A DNA stretch of 64,000 bases from Escherichia coli (lineage in GTDB: Bacteria > Pseudomonadota > Gammaproteobacteria > Enterobacterales > Enterobacteriaceae), in assembly GCF_003018255.1 (NCBI RefSeq), contig NZ_CP027440.1, one strand, 5' to 3'. Positions 23,210 through 34,269 of the stretch are shown here, piece after piece; positions within the stretch are counted from its first letter, which is position 1, and the number at the start of each line of letters is the position of its first letter. The notes below the pieces were generated by a model, which did not search any database, was not told the origin of the DNA, and saw only the letters and a list, made by a program, of their open reading frames with translations. Both the position numbers and the translations under genes were made by a program.

Positions 23210-24349
23210 TTACCAGTTATGAATGTCGCTGGCTGTATCCGTCATGTAACGGACACCGCTAATAGTTGGCAGCAACTGATTGATCAGACGGTTCCAGCGG
23301 GAAACCGGGGCGGTGGTGACATACACCACGTCATAAGGTTGCAGGCGGAATTCTGTCGCCATCACCAGCAACGTGGCATCGGACATATCCAGCTGGTAGA
23401 TATTGGCAATCTTGCCGTTACGCCCGCCCTCGCCTTTCAGCGGACGAATGACAAAGATGCCGCTGGCGTTGGAGGTGGTCATGTCGATGCCTTCAGCATT
23501 GCCCAGGGCTTCAGTCAGGGTCATGCCGCTAAAGTCCATTTTCAGGGTGCTCTGTTTCTTCACTTCACCCATCACAAACACTTTCAGATCATCATTACGC
23601 GGCACGTAGAGAATATCGCCGGGGTAAAGCAGTCGGTTCTGATTGAGGTCGCCGTTTTGCATCAGCGCCTGCAAAGAAATGCGTTCTTCACGACCATTGT
23701 GTGTTAGCACTACGTTGCGCCAGTCAGCGGTGTCGGTCAGGCCACCTGCGGCGTTGATGGCATCAAGAATGGTCAGTGGCACGTTGGTGATCGCCTGTTG
23801 ACCGGATTTATTCACCTGGCCGGAGATATAGGCTTTTTGCGAGCGGAAGGCGGCGATATTAACGTCCACCTGCGGGTCAGCGATGTACGTCGCTAAGCGA
23901 CCGGTAATATCACTGCGGATTTCAGCGAGCGTTTTCCCCACGACGTGAACCTTGCCGATATACGGGTAGAACATAGTGCCGTCAGGCTGTACCCAGTTGC
24001 CGGTGTCGCTGGAGCTGCGGTACTGACCGGCTGGCGTGGTGAGTTCCGGGTGATCCCAGACGGTGACATTAAGAACGTCCCCCGGCCCGACGCGATACTG
24101 ATAATTCGCGATCTCACTTTCCAGCGTCATATTGGGGCGCGCTACATTCGGGCGTGGGCGTAATTGGTCAATCAGGCGCGGGGTCAACGGATAAACATTC
24201 ACCATTTTGTCGAGATCGAAATCAGCGTCCTGCTGTTTGATGACGTCTTTACCCATCGTCGACATATTGCTGCCCGGAAGTACTGTGCAACCGCTTATCA
24301 AGGTTACTGACACCAATAATGGCATCAATTTCATTTTGGATTTCATCAT
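23210..24349 (-). CDS. wza: outer-membrane polysaccharide export lipoprotein Wza
   Basis: 379 aa ORF, lipoprotein signal with lipobox (LISGC). Confidence 0.92.
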   Translation of the reverse strand: MMKSKMKLMPLLVSVTLISGCTVLPGSNMSTMGKDVIKQQDADFDLDKMVNVYPLTPRLIDQLRPRPNVARPNMTLESEIANYQYRVGPGDVLNVTVWDHPELTTPAGQYRSSSDTGNWVQPDGTMFYPYIGKVHVVGKTLAEIRSDITGRLATYIADPQVDVNIAAFRSQKAYISGQVNKSGQQAITNVPLTILDAINAAGGLTDTADWRNVVLTHNGREERISLQALMQNGDLNQNRLLYPGDILYVPRNDDLKVFVMGEVKKQSTLKMDFSGMTLTEALGNAEGIDMTTSNASGIFVIRPLKGEGGRNGKIANIYQLDMSDATLLVMATEFRLQPYDVVYVTTAPVSRWNRLINQLLPTISGVRYMTDTASDIHNW

Positions 24350-24527
24350 TGTTTATTTATCACTTTGGCAGAGTAATTATCCTGTGCACTATTAATAGCA
24401 ATGTCGCCATGCACATTTACCTTGCAGTTAATTGAATAAAAATTTAACTGGCATCAGTCCTAAAAAAATTGATTTCATCCGCAGGCTATTGACAGAATAA
24501 TTCAGACTGGTCTTTCAGGCATCCAGA

Positions 24528-24539
24528 CACGCTACCGCC
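24528..24539 (-). promoter_or_regulatory. ops element (GGCGGTAGCGTG) within the JUMPstart sequence of the cps leader; RfaH-dependent antitermination site
   Basis: Plus strand reads cacgctaccgcc, the reverse complement of the ops consensus, about 180 nt upstream of wza start in the long leader. Confidence 0.8.
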
Positions 24540-24787
24540 CCTGGCTTTTTAGCTACCAATACACTGATTTAGCTTAATTTTTAAAACCCTCTCAACATAC
24601 AGTCGTTGATGAGAAAGGGTTATTGCGGAAATTAACTTCCGAATATAAGGTGACATTATGGTAATTGAATATTGGCTCTCCAATAATGCAGGAGGAAGTG
24701 TTACAGCTAACGGAATAGCAGGCAAGGTAACAATTCGGCAATTGGCTATTTTTAAGAATTATATTAAGTGTCATTCAATATGGTTTT

Positions 24788-24801
24788 TAGGAGTTTCTTT
24801 A
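24788..24801 (-). promoter_or_regulatory. candidate RcsAB box upstream of the cps promoter
   Basis: Minus-strand sequence TAAAGAAACTCCTA resembles the RcsAB consensus TaAGaatatTCctA; placement relative to the transcription start not verified. Confidence 0.4.
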
Positions 24802-25007
24802 GGTTGACAATATTTAATATAGTGTCTCCACATGCGATATTTCTTAAATAATGTTTTATTATTACCACTTTTAATTCAGGGATAATGTGAGGTTATAAAC
24901 CTCAAATAATATGAGATAAATAGTGCTGCAACATTGCATTTTTGCCCCGATTTATCCATGATCGAATTGTGACATTTGTCATACAACGAATAGGTTTTGT
25001 ACTTACT

Positions 25008-26591
25008 ATGGAATGGATTGCCGATCCGTCTATCTGGGCCGGGTTAATCACGCTGATTGTGATCGAACTGGTCCTCGGCATTGATAACCTGGTCTTTATT
25101 GCCATCCTCGCCGAAAAACTACCGCCGAAGCAGCGCGACCGCGCACGGGTTACCGGGCTGTTGCTGGCGATGTTAATGCGCCTGTTACTGCTGGCGTCAA
25201 TCTCCTGGCTGGTCACCCTGACTCAACCGCTGTTCAGCTTCCGCTCGTTTACCTTTAGCGCCCGCGACTTAATCATGCTGTTTGGTGGTTTCTTCCTGTT
25301 GTTCAAAGCCACGATGGAGCTGAACGAACGGCTGGAAGGGAAAGACAGCAATAACCCCACCCAACGCAAAGGTGCGAAGTTCTGGGGGGTGGTGACACAA
25401 ATTGTGGTACTGGACGCCATCTTCTCACTCGACTCGGTGATTACCGCCGTCGGGATGGTCGACCATTTACTGGTCATGATGGCCGCCGTGGTTATCGCTA
25501 TCAGCCTGATGTTGATGGCCAGCAAGCCATTAACGCAATTTGTTAACAGTCACCCGACCATCGTTATTCTCTGCCTAAGTTTCCTGTTGATGATTGGCTT
25601 TAGCCTGGTGGCGGAAGGTTTCGGCTTCGTCATTCCGAAAGGCTACCTGTACGCTGCCATTGGTTTCTCGGTGATGATCGAGGCGCTCAATCAGTTGGCT
25701 ATCTTTAACCGGCGACGTTTTCTTTCCGCTAATCAGACGCTGCGCCAGCGGACTACCGAAGCGGTAATGCGCCTGCTTAGCGGGCAAAAAGAAGATGCGG
25801 AACTGGACGCCGAAACCGCGTCCATGCTGGTGGATCATGGTAACCAGCAGATCTTTAATCCGCAGGAACGGCGGATGATTGAGCGGGTACTTAATCTTAA
25901 CCAGCGTACCGTCAGCAGCATTATGACGTCGCGCCACGATATTGAGCATATCGATCTCAACGCGCCGGAAGAAGAAATCCGCCAGTTACTGGAGCGAAAT
26001 CAGCATACGCGGCTTGTCGTTACTGATGGCGATGACGCAGAAGATTTGCTCGGTGTTGTTCACGTTATCGACCTGTTACAACAGTCTCTGCGCGGCGAAC
26101 CGCTCAACCTGCGGGTGTTGATTCGCCAGCCGCTGGTGTTCCCGGAAACCTTGCCGTTGTTACCTGCCCTGGAGCAGTTCCGTAATGCCCGCACACACTT
26201 TGCTTTTGTGGTGGATGAGTTTGGCTCGGTGGAAGGGATTGTGACATTAAGTGACGTCACTGAAACCATTGCCGGTAACTTACCGAACGAAGTGGAAGAG
26301 ATCGACGCCCGCCATGATATTCAGAAGAATGCGGACGGTTCCTGGACGGCGAATGGTCATATGCCGCTGGAAGATCTGGTGCAATATGTGCCGCTACCGC
26401 TGGATGAGAAACGCGAATATCACACCATTGCCGGGCTGTTGATGGAATATTTGCAACGTATTCCAAAACCTGGCGAAGAAGTTCAGGTGGGGGATTATTT
26501 GCTTAAAACGTTGCAGGTGGAAAGCCATCGCGTGCAGAAGGTGCAGATTATTCCGCTGCATAAGGATGGCGAGATGGAGTACGAGGTGTGA
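25008..26591 (+). CDS. yegH: TerC-family membrane protein with CBS and CorC domains, YegH
   Basis: ORF 24942-26591; start placed at [13 protein letters not shown] giving 527 aa. Confidence 0.85.
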   Translation: MEWIADPSIWAGLITLIVIELVLGIDNLVFIAILAEKLPPKQRDRARVTGLLLAMLMRLLLLASISWLVTLTQPLFSFRSFTFSARDLIMLFGGFFLLFKATMELNERLEGKDSNNPTQRKGAKFWGVVTQIVVLDAIFSLDSVITAVGMVDHLLVMMAAVVIAISLMLMASKPLTQFVNSHPTIVILCLSFLLMIGFSLVAEGFGFVIPKGYLYAAIGFSVMIEALNQLAIFNRRRFLSANQTLRQRTTEAVMRLLSGQKEDAELDAETASMLVDHGNQQIFNPQERRMIERVLNLNQRTVSSIMTSRHDIEHIDLNAPEEEIRQLLERNQHTRLVVTDGDDAEDLLGVVHVIDLLQQSLRGEPLNLRVLIRQPLVFPETLPLLPALEQFRNARTHFAFVVDEFGSVEGIVTLSDVTETIAGNLPNEVEEIDARHDIQKNADGSWTANGHMPLEDLVQYVPLPLDEKREYHTIAGLLMEYLQRIPKPGEEVQVGDYLLKTLQVESHRVQKVQIIPLHKDGEMEYEV

Positions 26592-26598
26592 TAAAACA

Positions 26599-26628
26599 TC
26601 AAATGCGCAGGTTCAAACTGCGCATTTG
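26599..26628 (+). terminator. hairpin downstream of yegH (10-bp perfect stem aaatgcgcag/ctgcgcattt)
   Basis: Inverted repeat seen directly; the following T-tract is weak, so intrinsic-terminator function is uncertain. Confidence 0.45.
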
Positions 26629-26665
26629 ATTTATACAAAATTTAGTATAATCTAAGGATGGAGTA

Positions 26666-27004
26666 ATGAGAAAAAAGCTGGCTTTTCTTGATACCAGTCT
26701 TGACGATTTACGCGCATTTCCAGAATCGTCTCGACAGGAAATTGGCTATCAACTCGACAGGATCCAACAAGGGTTAAACCCATACGACTGGAAACCTTTT
26801 TCAACTATCGGCCCTGGTGTGCGAGAGATTCGTACTCGCGATGCTGATGGGATCTATCGCGTCATGTATGTCGCAAAATTTGAAGAAGCGGTTTACGTAT
26901 TGCATTGTTTTCAAAAGAAAACACAGACTACCAGTCAATCGAATATTGATTTAGCCAAACGACGCTATAAAGAACTTGTTCAGGAGCGGAAAAATGAAAA
27001 TTGA
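26666..27004 (+). CDS. putative type II toxin, RelE/ParE superfamily (phage Gp49/HigB-like)
   Basis: 112 aa ORF with SD (ggag) and an upstream perfect TATAAT at 26646-26651; small basic protein; overlaps the downstream HTH gene by 11 bp; family assignment from recalled sequence similarity only. Confidence 0.6.
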   Translation: MRKKLAFLDTSLDDLRAFPESSRQEIGYQLDRIQQGLNPYDWKPFSTIGPGVREIRTRDADGIYRVMYVAKFEEAVYVLHCFQKKTQTTSQSNIDLAKRRYKELVQERKNEN

Positions 27005-27284
27005 AACCTTTGATAGTGTGTGGGATGCGGTGAGTGACACCCCTGAACAAGCGGAAAATATGCGGATCCGTGCCGAACTTGTTACGATCATTAATAACTG
27101 GATTGAACAACAAGGGTTTAGCCAGGCTCAGGCAGCGTCTGCTTTAGGGGTCACTCAACCTCGCATATCTGAACTTGCCAGAGGTAAGATCCAGATCTTT
27201 AGTATCGATAAATTGATCACCATGATGGCTCATGCAGGATTGCATATTCAACGTATTGAAGTTCAATATCCACATGCTGCTTAG
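26994..27284 (+). CDS. putative antitoxin, HTH XRE-family DNA-binding protein (HigA-like)
   Basis: 96 aa from ATG 26994 (MKIETFDSVWDAV...), preceded by AGGAG; HTH-like segment FSQAQAASALGVTQPRISELARGK; alternative in-frame start at 26976. Confidence 0.6.
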   Translation: MKIETFDSVWDAVSDTPEQAENMRIRAELVTIINNWIEQQGFSQAQAASALGVTQPRISELARGKIQIFSIDKLITMMAHAGLHIQRIEVQYPHAA

Positions 27285-27295
27285 TACTATAAATA

Positions 27296-27325
27296 CAGAT
27301 GGCGACAAATTGACGCCGCCATCTG
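27296..27325. terminator. hairpin between convergent antitoxin gene and asmA (9-bp stem cagatggcg/cgccatctg)
   Basis: Inverted repeat seen directly; could terminate either convergent transcript. Confidence 0.4.
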
Positions 27326-27336
27326 CATAACTTGTC

Positions 27337-29190
27337 TTACATCTTCTCCAGCAACTTCTTCACATCTTTGCCATTGCGGGAATCTTTATTCCGCTCGGCC
27401 CAGTCATTCAGGCGACGTTTCGCTTCGTCCTGTAGATGTTTGCGCAGTAACTGATCCACTTGCAGGCTGTAATTAAGTTGCTGCCAGTTGCCATAAACCC
27501 GCAGCGGTACTGGCGTTTCTTTGAGGAAATCAATCAGTTTGCTTTCCCCGTTCCAACCGCCAATCACACGAATGTCAAACTGGGTGTCGCAGGTTTGATC
27601 TGCCAGATTCAACATGCCTTCCCCTGTCAGCGCCAGCACAGGCGATTGACCTTGCATGTCGTTTAACGTCACGACGCCATCCTTCAACGTCAAATCGGTG
27701 GTAAAGCGGTCAAGACGCGTTACGTTATCGAAGTTTTCAGCGGCCTTCACATCACCACCATTACGTTCTACCGCTTGCTGAATCATCTGCTGGAAGTTCA
27801 TCCCTTCCATGCGCGTGTCGGTCATTTCGACATGTGCCTGTCCTTGCCAGTTATGGCGGAATGCGTCGGCATCTATGTCAGCACCGGAGAAATCACCAGC
27901 CAGTGACATCTTTCCGGTCAACGAAATCGGATAGTTAAACGCCTTCAGAATGGTGCCAATCTCAACGTTTTCCAGCCGTGGCTGGAAGTTTATTCGCGGA
28001 TTTATTGATGTCGCGTCCAGCGTGCCCGGCAGTGAAACCTGTCCACCGTTAAGTTTGCCCTGCAGTTGAGTAATTTCCAGCAGACCCGACTTGTTGGTCA
28101 TTTGCGTGGCAACATCTGTAAAATTCATTCCGCGCCAGCGCACGTTACTGGCCTGCAACAAAATATCAGCCGTAAAGCCTTGCAGTCCCTGATAGGCCGG
28201 TTCATCAATACGCGAAGAAATGACCGGGCGCGGCAACGTGGATTGGCTCTGCCCCTGCTGCGCGGCACCGTTTTCACCGTTCGCTGTTTCTTTAAGCGGG
28301 ATGAGGTTGTCAAGATTCAGTTGCGGGAATTGCAGCCTCAGCTGCCATTCCGGTTTCTCTGTCAGCGTGACCTGTGCTTGCCCGCTCAGCGTACTGTCAT
28401 TGGCGGTCAAGCTGATTTGGTTAAATGAAAGGCGTTTATGTGACTCCTGCCACTGGGCCTGGAAACTCCCCTGCCCCTGAATACCTTGTTTTGGTAAATC
28501 TGCACCCTGCAACTGCCAGTTAACTTGTTCAATAGCCGCCGTTAAATCATGCGGATAATCAGAAGCATCTACCGTACCGTTAAGGGATATCGTGAGATCG
28601 CGCTGATCGCGATTAACCCGCCCGGAGAACTCAAATGAACCACGATGTTGGGGATCTTGTTCCATTTGCAGGCGAATATTGCGGATTGTCACCTGCTCGT
28701 CATCTTCATGCTGGAACACCAGCACGCTGTCCGCCACCTTAAGACTGGATATATCAAACGACCATCCGCGATCGTCTGACAGATCCGGCAAGGTATTGTC
28801 GCGCGGTGCAACCGGAGCGTCTTCACTGCGCACCGCTTCCGTCTGCGGCGTCAGTTGGATCACTGCCCCTTTTAGCATCACCTGCTTAACGCTCAGTTGA
28901 TGACTCAGCAGTGGTAAAAGCGCCACGTCCAGACGCATGTTGTCTGCGCGAACCAGTGGCTGGCTCGCGCCCTGGGCAGTGAGAGACATTCGCCCGGAGA
29001 GGATACTAAGCTGCGGCCAGACGTGCCAACGCAGTGGCCCGTCGAGCTGCAATTGATAACCGCTACGTGCAGCAACTTGCTTGACCATATAGTCGCGGAA
29101 ATCATTCGGATTCACCAGCAACACTAACGCAGATAACCCGGCCACCAGCACGACCAGGAGTATCATCAGCGTCGTCAGAAATCGTCTCAT
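27337..29190 (-). CDS. asmA: outer-membrane assembly protein AsmA
   Basis: 617 aa ORF with N-terminal membrane anchor (MRRFLTTLMILLVVLVAGLSALVLL). Confidence 0.9.
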   Translation of the reverse strand: MRRFLTTLMILLVVLVAGLSALVLLVNPNDFRDYMVKQVAARSGYQLQLDGPLRWHVWPQLSILSGRMSLTAQGASQPLVRADNMRLDVALLPLLSHQLSVKQVMLKGAVIQLTPQTEAVRSEDAPVAPRDNTLPDLSDDRGWSFDISSLKVADSVLVFQHEDDEQVTIRNIRLQMEQDPQHRGSFEFSGRVNRDQRDLTISLNGTVDASDYPHDLTAAIEQVNWQLQGADLPKQGIQGQGSFQAQWQESHKRLSFNQISLTANDSTLSGQAQVTLTEKPEWQLRLQFPQLNLDNLIPLKETANGENGAAQQGQSQSTLPRPVISSRIDEPAYQGLQGFTADILLQASNVRWRGMNFTDVATQMTNKSGLLEITQLQGKLNGGQVSLPGTLDATSINPRINFQPRLENVEIGTILKAFNYPISLTGKMSLAGDFSGADIDADAFRHNWQGQAHVEMTDTRMEGMNFQQMIQQAVERNGGDVKAAENFDNVTRLDRFTTDLTLKDGVVTLNDMQGQSPVLALTGEGMLNLADQTCDTQFDIRVIGGWNGESKLIDFLKETPVPLRVYGNWQQLNYSLQVDQLLRKHLQDEAKRRLNDWAERNKDSRNGKDVKKLLEKM

Positions 29191-29211
29191 GGTATCCTCA
29201 ATGGGCCTGAA

Positions 29212-29793
29212 TTAGTCTTTATCGATTCGACTGGCTACCGCGCCCTGCTGGTTGCGATATTTCGCATCTTCACGGCGGTTGTAAGGTCGCGCCGCCGGGC
29301 CGGAAAGCGGCTCAAAGCTCAGCGCACCAATTAACATGCCCGGACGCAGCGCCAGCGGCAGCTTACCGGAGTTGTAGAACTCCAGCACAATACAGCCAGA
29401 CCAGCCCGGATCGATACGGTGCGCGGTGACGTGCACCATAAGCCCCAGACGCGCCAGTGAGGAACGACCGTCCAGCCATCCCACCAGATCGGCTGGCAGC
29501 GTCACCGACTCCAGCGTCACCGCCAGCGCCAGCTCTCCTGGGTGAAGATAAAACGCCTCGCTTTCATCGAGTACGATCTCATCGCTCATCACGCGGTCAA
29601 GCGCGGCGCTCACTTCATCTTTGGGACCGCTCAGATCGATAAACGCAGCCGTGTGACCACGGAAGGTACGAAATTTATTGCCCAGGCGCACATCCACCGT
29701 CGCGCCGTTAATACGCTCCACTGGCGGACGTGGGTTGATCGACAAACGGCCTTCATCAAGCCAGGCTTCAATATCTCGGTCACACAGACGCAT
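29212..29793 (-). CDS. dcd: dCTP deaminase
   Basis: 193 aa ORF ([19 protein letters not shown]...). Confidence 0.93.
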   Translation of the reverse strand: MRLCDRDIEAWLDEGRLSINPRPPVERINGATVDVRLGNKFRTFRGHTAAFIDLSGPKDEVSAALDRVMSDEIVLDESEAFYLHPGELALAVTLESVTLPADLVGWLDGRSSLARLGLMVHVTAHRIDPGWSGCIVLEFYNSGKLPLALRPGMLIGALSFEPLSGPAARPYNRREDAKYRNQQGAVASRIDKD

Positions 29794-29884
29794 GGCATTT
29801 TCTCCTTTCGCGCATCACTCCCTTAACGCCAATTACGTCAAGGGCATACCAGGTTATCACTGAACGGTACACAATTTATCAAGC

Positions 29885-30526
29885 TTATTCAAAGAACTGA
29901 CTTATTTTCGCTTTCAATATATCGATGGCGATGCGGTTTTTCCCGCCGCGCGGCACGATAATGTCCGCATATTGTTTAGAAGGCTCAATGAATTGCAGGA
30001 ACATCGGACGCACGGTTTTTTGATATTGCGCCATCACTGAATCCATTGAACGCCCACGCTCGTTAACGTCACGCTTGATGCGGCGCATCAGGCAGATATC
30101 CAGCGGGGTATCAACGAAAATGGAGAAGTTAAGTTCATCACGCAAACGCGCATCCGTCAGCAGCAAAATGCCTTCGAGAATGATGACTTTCTTCGGCTCA
30201 ACCGTCACCGTTTCTTTCATACGCGTATGTTCAACATAGCTGTAAACCGGCAGGTCAATGGCCGAGCCGCGTTTCAACGCTTGTAAATGCTCAAGCAACA
30301 GGCTGTGATCCATAGCGCTGGGATGGTCGTAGTTGGTCTTAACGCGTTCTTCCATCGACAGATGGCTTTGATCTTTGTAATAGCAGTCTTCGGGAATTAC
30401 GCCGATGTGTTCATCACCGACTTGCTCACGTAATTCACGATAAAGGGTACTGGCAATAAGACTCTTGCCGGAAGCCGATGCGCCAGCGATACCGATAATG
30501 ACGCACTGATGAGACTGATCAGTCAT
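29885..30526 (-). CDS. udk: uridine/cytidine kinase
   Basis: ORF 29885-30589; start placed at [22 protein letters not shown] giving 213 aa; P-loop present. Confidence 0.9.
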
Positions 30527-30843
30527 ATATTTAGCGACCTGATTAACCTGGATGTTAGGAAGGGGGCGACGAAGCGCCAAACGCGGCAATTATAGGGATT
30601 TCATCCGCCTGATACCAGTCGAATAGCGTTGCCGCGCGCTCAGAGTTAATTGTTGACGAAGAATTCCCGGTGGCAAATTACGTTGATCAGTTTTATACAA
30701 GGTAAAAATTGTTATACGCAGTTGCGCAAATTATCCGCCTTTACGTCACTTTATGAGCAATTCGCATATAAAATGTAAAACTTTTGTACTAGCATAAACA
30801 CAGAAACGAATACTGGCGACCTGGTCTTGCGGATAAAGCGGTA

Positions 30844-33800
30844 ATGAGCAAACAATCACAGCATGTATTAATTGCCCTGCCCCACCCGCTGCTTCACCTG
30901 GTCAGTTTAGGTTTAGTCTCGTTTATCTTTACCCTTTTCTCGCTTGAGCTTTCGCAGTTTGGCACCCAACTCGCCCCACTGTGGTTCCCGACGTCCATCA
31001 TGATGGTGGCGTTTTATCGCCATGCCGGGCGCATGTGGCCGGGGATTGCGCTGAGCTGCTCGCTGGGAAATATCGCCGCATCCATCCTGCTTTTTTCCAC
31101 CAGCTCGCTGAACATGACCTGGACGACCATCAATATTGTTGAAGCCGTGGTCGGGGCAGTGCTACTGCGTAAATTGCTGCCGTGGTATAACCCATTGCAA
31201 AATCTGGCTGACTGGCTGCGTCTGGCACTCGGCAGCGCCATTGTTCCACCTCTGTTAGGGGGTGTTCTGGTTATCCTGCTGACGCCCGGAGACGATCCTC
31301 TCAGGGCATTTTTGATATGGGTACTGTCAGAATCCATCGGCGCACTGGCACTGGTGCCGCTGGGATTGTTATTTAAACCACACTATCTGCTGCGCCATCG
31401 CAACCCACGGTTGCTTTTTGAGTCGCTGCTCACGTTAGCCATCACACTGACGTTAAGCTGGCTTTCGATGCTGTATCTGCCGTGGCCTTTTACTTTCATT
31501 ATTGTGCTGTTGATGTGGAGCGCCGTGCGCCTGCCACGAATGGAAGCCTTTTTGATCTTCCTTACCACGGTGATGATGGTGTCACTGATGATGGCCGCGG
31601 ATCCCTCCCTGCTTGCTACGCCGCGTACATACCTGATGAGCCATATGCCGTGGCTACCGTTTTTGCTGATCCTGCTGCCCGCCAACATCATGACCATGGT
31701 GATGTATGCCTTTCGTGCGGAACGCAAACACATTTCCGAAAGCGAAACCCGCTTTCGGAACGCGATGGAATATTCCGCCATCGGCATGGCATTAGTGGGC
31801 ACCGAGGGACAATGGCTGCAATCCAACAAAGCGCTCTGCCAGTTTCTCGGTTACAGTCAGGAAGAGCTGCGCGGACTCACCTTTCAGCAACTGACCTGGC
31901 CGGAGGATCTCAATAAAGATCTGCAACAGGTTGAAAAGCTGATCAGCGGTGAAATAAACACCTATTCAATGGAAAAACGCTACTACAACCGCAATGGCGA
32001 TGTTGTCTGGGCGTTGCTTGCCGTCTCACTGGTGCGCCACACCGATGGTACGCCGCTCTATTTTATCGCTCAGATTGAAGACATTAACGAGCTAAAACGC
32101 ACCGAACAGGTGAACCAGCAACTGATGGAGCGCATCACGCTGGCTAACGAAGCGGGCGGGATTGGCATCTGGGAGTGGGAGCTAAAGCCGAATATTTTTA
32201 GCTGGGATAAGCGGATGTTCGAGCTGTATGAAATTCCTCCGCATATCAAACCGAACTGGCAGGTGTGGTACGAGTGCGTACTGCCGGAAGATCGCCAGCA
32301 TGCCGAAAAAGTGATTCGTGATTCGTTGCAATCACGCTCGCCCTTTAAGCTGGAATTTCGCATTGCCGTGAAAGATGGCATCCGCCATATCCGCGCCCTC
32401 GCCAACCGGGTACTGAATAAAGAAGGCGAAGTCGAACGCCTGCTCGGCATTAATATGGATATGACCGAAGTGAAACAGCTTAACGAGGCATTGTTTCAGG
32501 AAAAAGAGCGCCTGCACATTACGCTGGATTCCATCGGCGAAGCCGTGGTCTGTATTGATATGGCAATGAAAATTACCTTTATGAATCCGGTGGCGGAGAA
32601 GATGAGCGGCTGGACGCAGGAAGAAGCGTTAGGTGTTCCGCTCCTGACGGTGTTGCATATTACTTTTGGCGACAACGGACCATTAATGGAGAACATTTAC
32701 AGTGCCGACACCTCACGTTCCGCGATTGAACAAGATGTGGTGTTGCACTGTCGGAGCGGCGGCAGCTACGACGTGCATTACAGTATTACGCCGTTAAGTA
32801 CTCTGGACGGCAGCAATATAGGCTCGGTTCTGGTGATTCAGGACGTCACCGAATCGCGTAAAATGCTGCGCCAGCTGAGCTACAGCGCCTCCCATGATGC
32901 ACTGACGCATCTCGCCAATCGCGCCAGTTTTGAGAAGCAACTACGCATCCTGCTGCAAACGGTAAACAGTACACATCAGCGACATGCACTGGTGTTTATC
33001 GATCTTGATCGCTTTAAAGCGGTGAATGACAGCGCCGGGCACGCCGCTGGCGACGCTTTACTGCGCGAACTGGCGTCATTGATGCTGAGTATGCTGCGCT
33101 CCAGCGACGTGCTGGCGCGACTCGGTGGCGATGAATTTGGTCTGCTGCTGCCAGATTGTAATGTCGAAAGTGCGCGTTTTATCGCTACACGCATTATCAG
33201 CGCCGTGAATGACTATCACTTTATCTGGGAAGGACGTGTACATCGGGTAGGTGCCAGTGCCGGGATTACCTTGATTGATGACAACAATCATCAGGCGGCT
33301 GAAGTGATGTCGCAGGCTGATATCGCCTGTTATGCCTCCAAAAATGGTGGACGGGGCCGGGTGACGGTTTACGAACCGCAGCAAGCTGCCGCACATAGCG
33401 AACGGGCGGTGATGTCGCTTGATGAACAGTGGCGGATGATTAAAGAGAATCAGTTGATGATGATCGCCCACGGTGTCGCTTCGCCGCGGATCCCGGAAGC
33501 GCGTAATTTGTGGCTGATTTCACTTAAGCTCTGGAGTTGCGAAGGCGAGATTATTGATGAACAAACATTTCGTCGTAGCTTCAGCGATCCGGCACTTAGC
33601 CATGCTCTTGACCGACGGGTATTCCACGATTTTTTCCAGCAGGCCGCAAAAGCGATTGCCAGTAAAGGCTTAAGCATCGCCCTCCCCCTTTCCGTTGCCG
33701 GTTTGAGTAGCGCCACGCTGGTGAATGAACTGCTTGAGCAGCTGGAAAATAGCCCTCTACCCCCACGGTTATTACATCTGATTATTCCGGCAGACGCGAT

Positions 33801-34161
33801 TTTAGATCACGCAGAAAGCGTGCAAAAACTGCGGCTGGCGGGATGTCGGATCGTATTCAGTCAGGTGGGCCGCGATCTGCAAATCTTCAACTCGCTGAAA
33901 GCGAATATGGCAGATTACCTGCTACTTGATGGTGAGTTATGCGCCAATGTGCAGGGAAATTTGATGGATGAGATGCTGATTACGATCATTCAGGGGCACG
34001 CTCAGCGGCTCGGGATGAAGACCATCGCCGGGCCAGTAGTTTTACCCCTGGTGATGGATACGCTTTCTGGCATCGGCGTCGATCTGATTTATGGCGATGT
34101 GATTGCCGATGCCCAACCGCTGGATTTGCTGGTGAATAGCAGTTATTTCGCGATTAACTGA
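30844..34161 (+). CDS. dgcE: membrane-anchored PAS-GGDEF-EAL protein (diguanylate cyclase DgcE/YegE)
   Basis: 1105 aa ORF; N-terminal multi-TM region, PAS repeats, GGDEF motif (RLGGDEFGLLL) and a degenerate EAL-like C-terminus. Confidence 0.88.
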   Translation: MSKQSQHVLIALPHPLLHLVSLGLVSFIFTLFSLELSQFGTQLAPLWFPTSIMMVAFYRHAGRMWPGIALSCSLGNIAASILLFSTSSLNMTWTTINIVEAVVGAVLLRKLLPWYNPLQNLADWLRLALGSAIVPPLLGGVLVILLTPGDDPLRAFLIWVLSESIGALALVPLGLLFKPHYLLRHRNPRLLFESLLTLAITLTLSWLSMLYLPWPFTFIIVLLMWSAVRLPRMEAFLIFLTTVMMVSLMMAADPSLLATPRTYLMSHMPWLPFLLILLPANIMTMVMYAFRAERKHISESETRFRNAMEYSAIGMALVGTEGQWLQSNKALCQFLGYSQEELRGLTFQQLTWPEDLNKDLQQVEKLISGEINTYSMEKRYYNRNGDVVWALLAVSLVRHTDGTPLYFIAQIEDINELKRTEQVNQQLMERITLANEAGGIGIWEWELKPNIFSWDKRMFELYEIPPHIKPNWQVWYECVLPEDRQHAEKVIRDSLQSRSPFKLEFRIAVKDGIRHIRALANRVLNKEGEVERLLGINMDMTEVKQLNEALFQEKERLHITLDSIGEAVVCIDMAMKITFMNPVAEKMSGWTQEEALGVPLLTVLHITFGDNGPLMENIYSADTSRSAIEQDVVLHCRSGGSYDVHYSITPLSTLDGSNIGSVLVIQDVTESRKMLRQLSYSASHDALTHLANRASFEKQLRILLQTVNSTHQRHALVFIDLDRFKAVNDSAGHAAGDALLRELASLMLSMLRSSDVLARLGGDEFGLLLPDCNVESARFIATRIISAVNDYHFIWEGRVHRVGASAGITLIDDNNHQAAEVMSQADIACYASKNGGRGRVTVYEPQQAAAHSERAVMSLDEQWRMIKENQLMMIAHGVASPRIPEARNLWLISLKLWSCEGEIIDEQTFRRSFSDPALSHALDRRVFHDFFQQAAKAIASKGLSIALPLSVAGLSSATLVNELLEQLENSPLPPRLLHLIIPADAILDHAESVQKLRLAGCRIVFSQVGRDLQIFNSLKANMADYLLLDGELCANVQGNLMDEMLITIIQGHAQRLGMKTIAGPVVLPLVMDTLSGIGVDLIYGDVIADAQPLDLLVNSSYFAIN

Positions 34162-34175
34162 GGCGTGCTTCTCCA

Positions 34176-34262
34176 TCGCCTGATACGACGCTAACGCGTC
34201 TTATCAGGCCTACAAATCGCTCATTCCCCAGGCCGGATAAGGCGCTCGCACCGCATCCGGCG
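34176..34262. repeat. REP element pair between dgcE and alkA
   Basis: gcctgatacgacgctaacgcgtcttatcaggcctac ... ggccggataaggcgctcgcaccgcatccggc. Confidence 0.8.
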
Positions 34263-34269
34263 ACCAACG

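Noticed and set aside
24942-25007. N-terminal 22-codon extension of yegH in the track ORF
   Set aside because: The extension ([22 protein letters not shown]) lies in the cps/yegH divergent regulatory region; start at MEWIADPS matches the recalled protein length.
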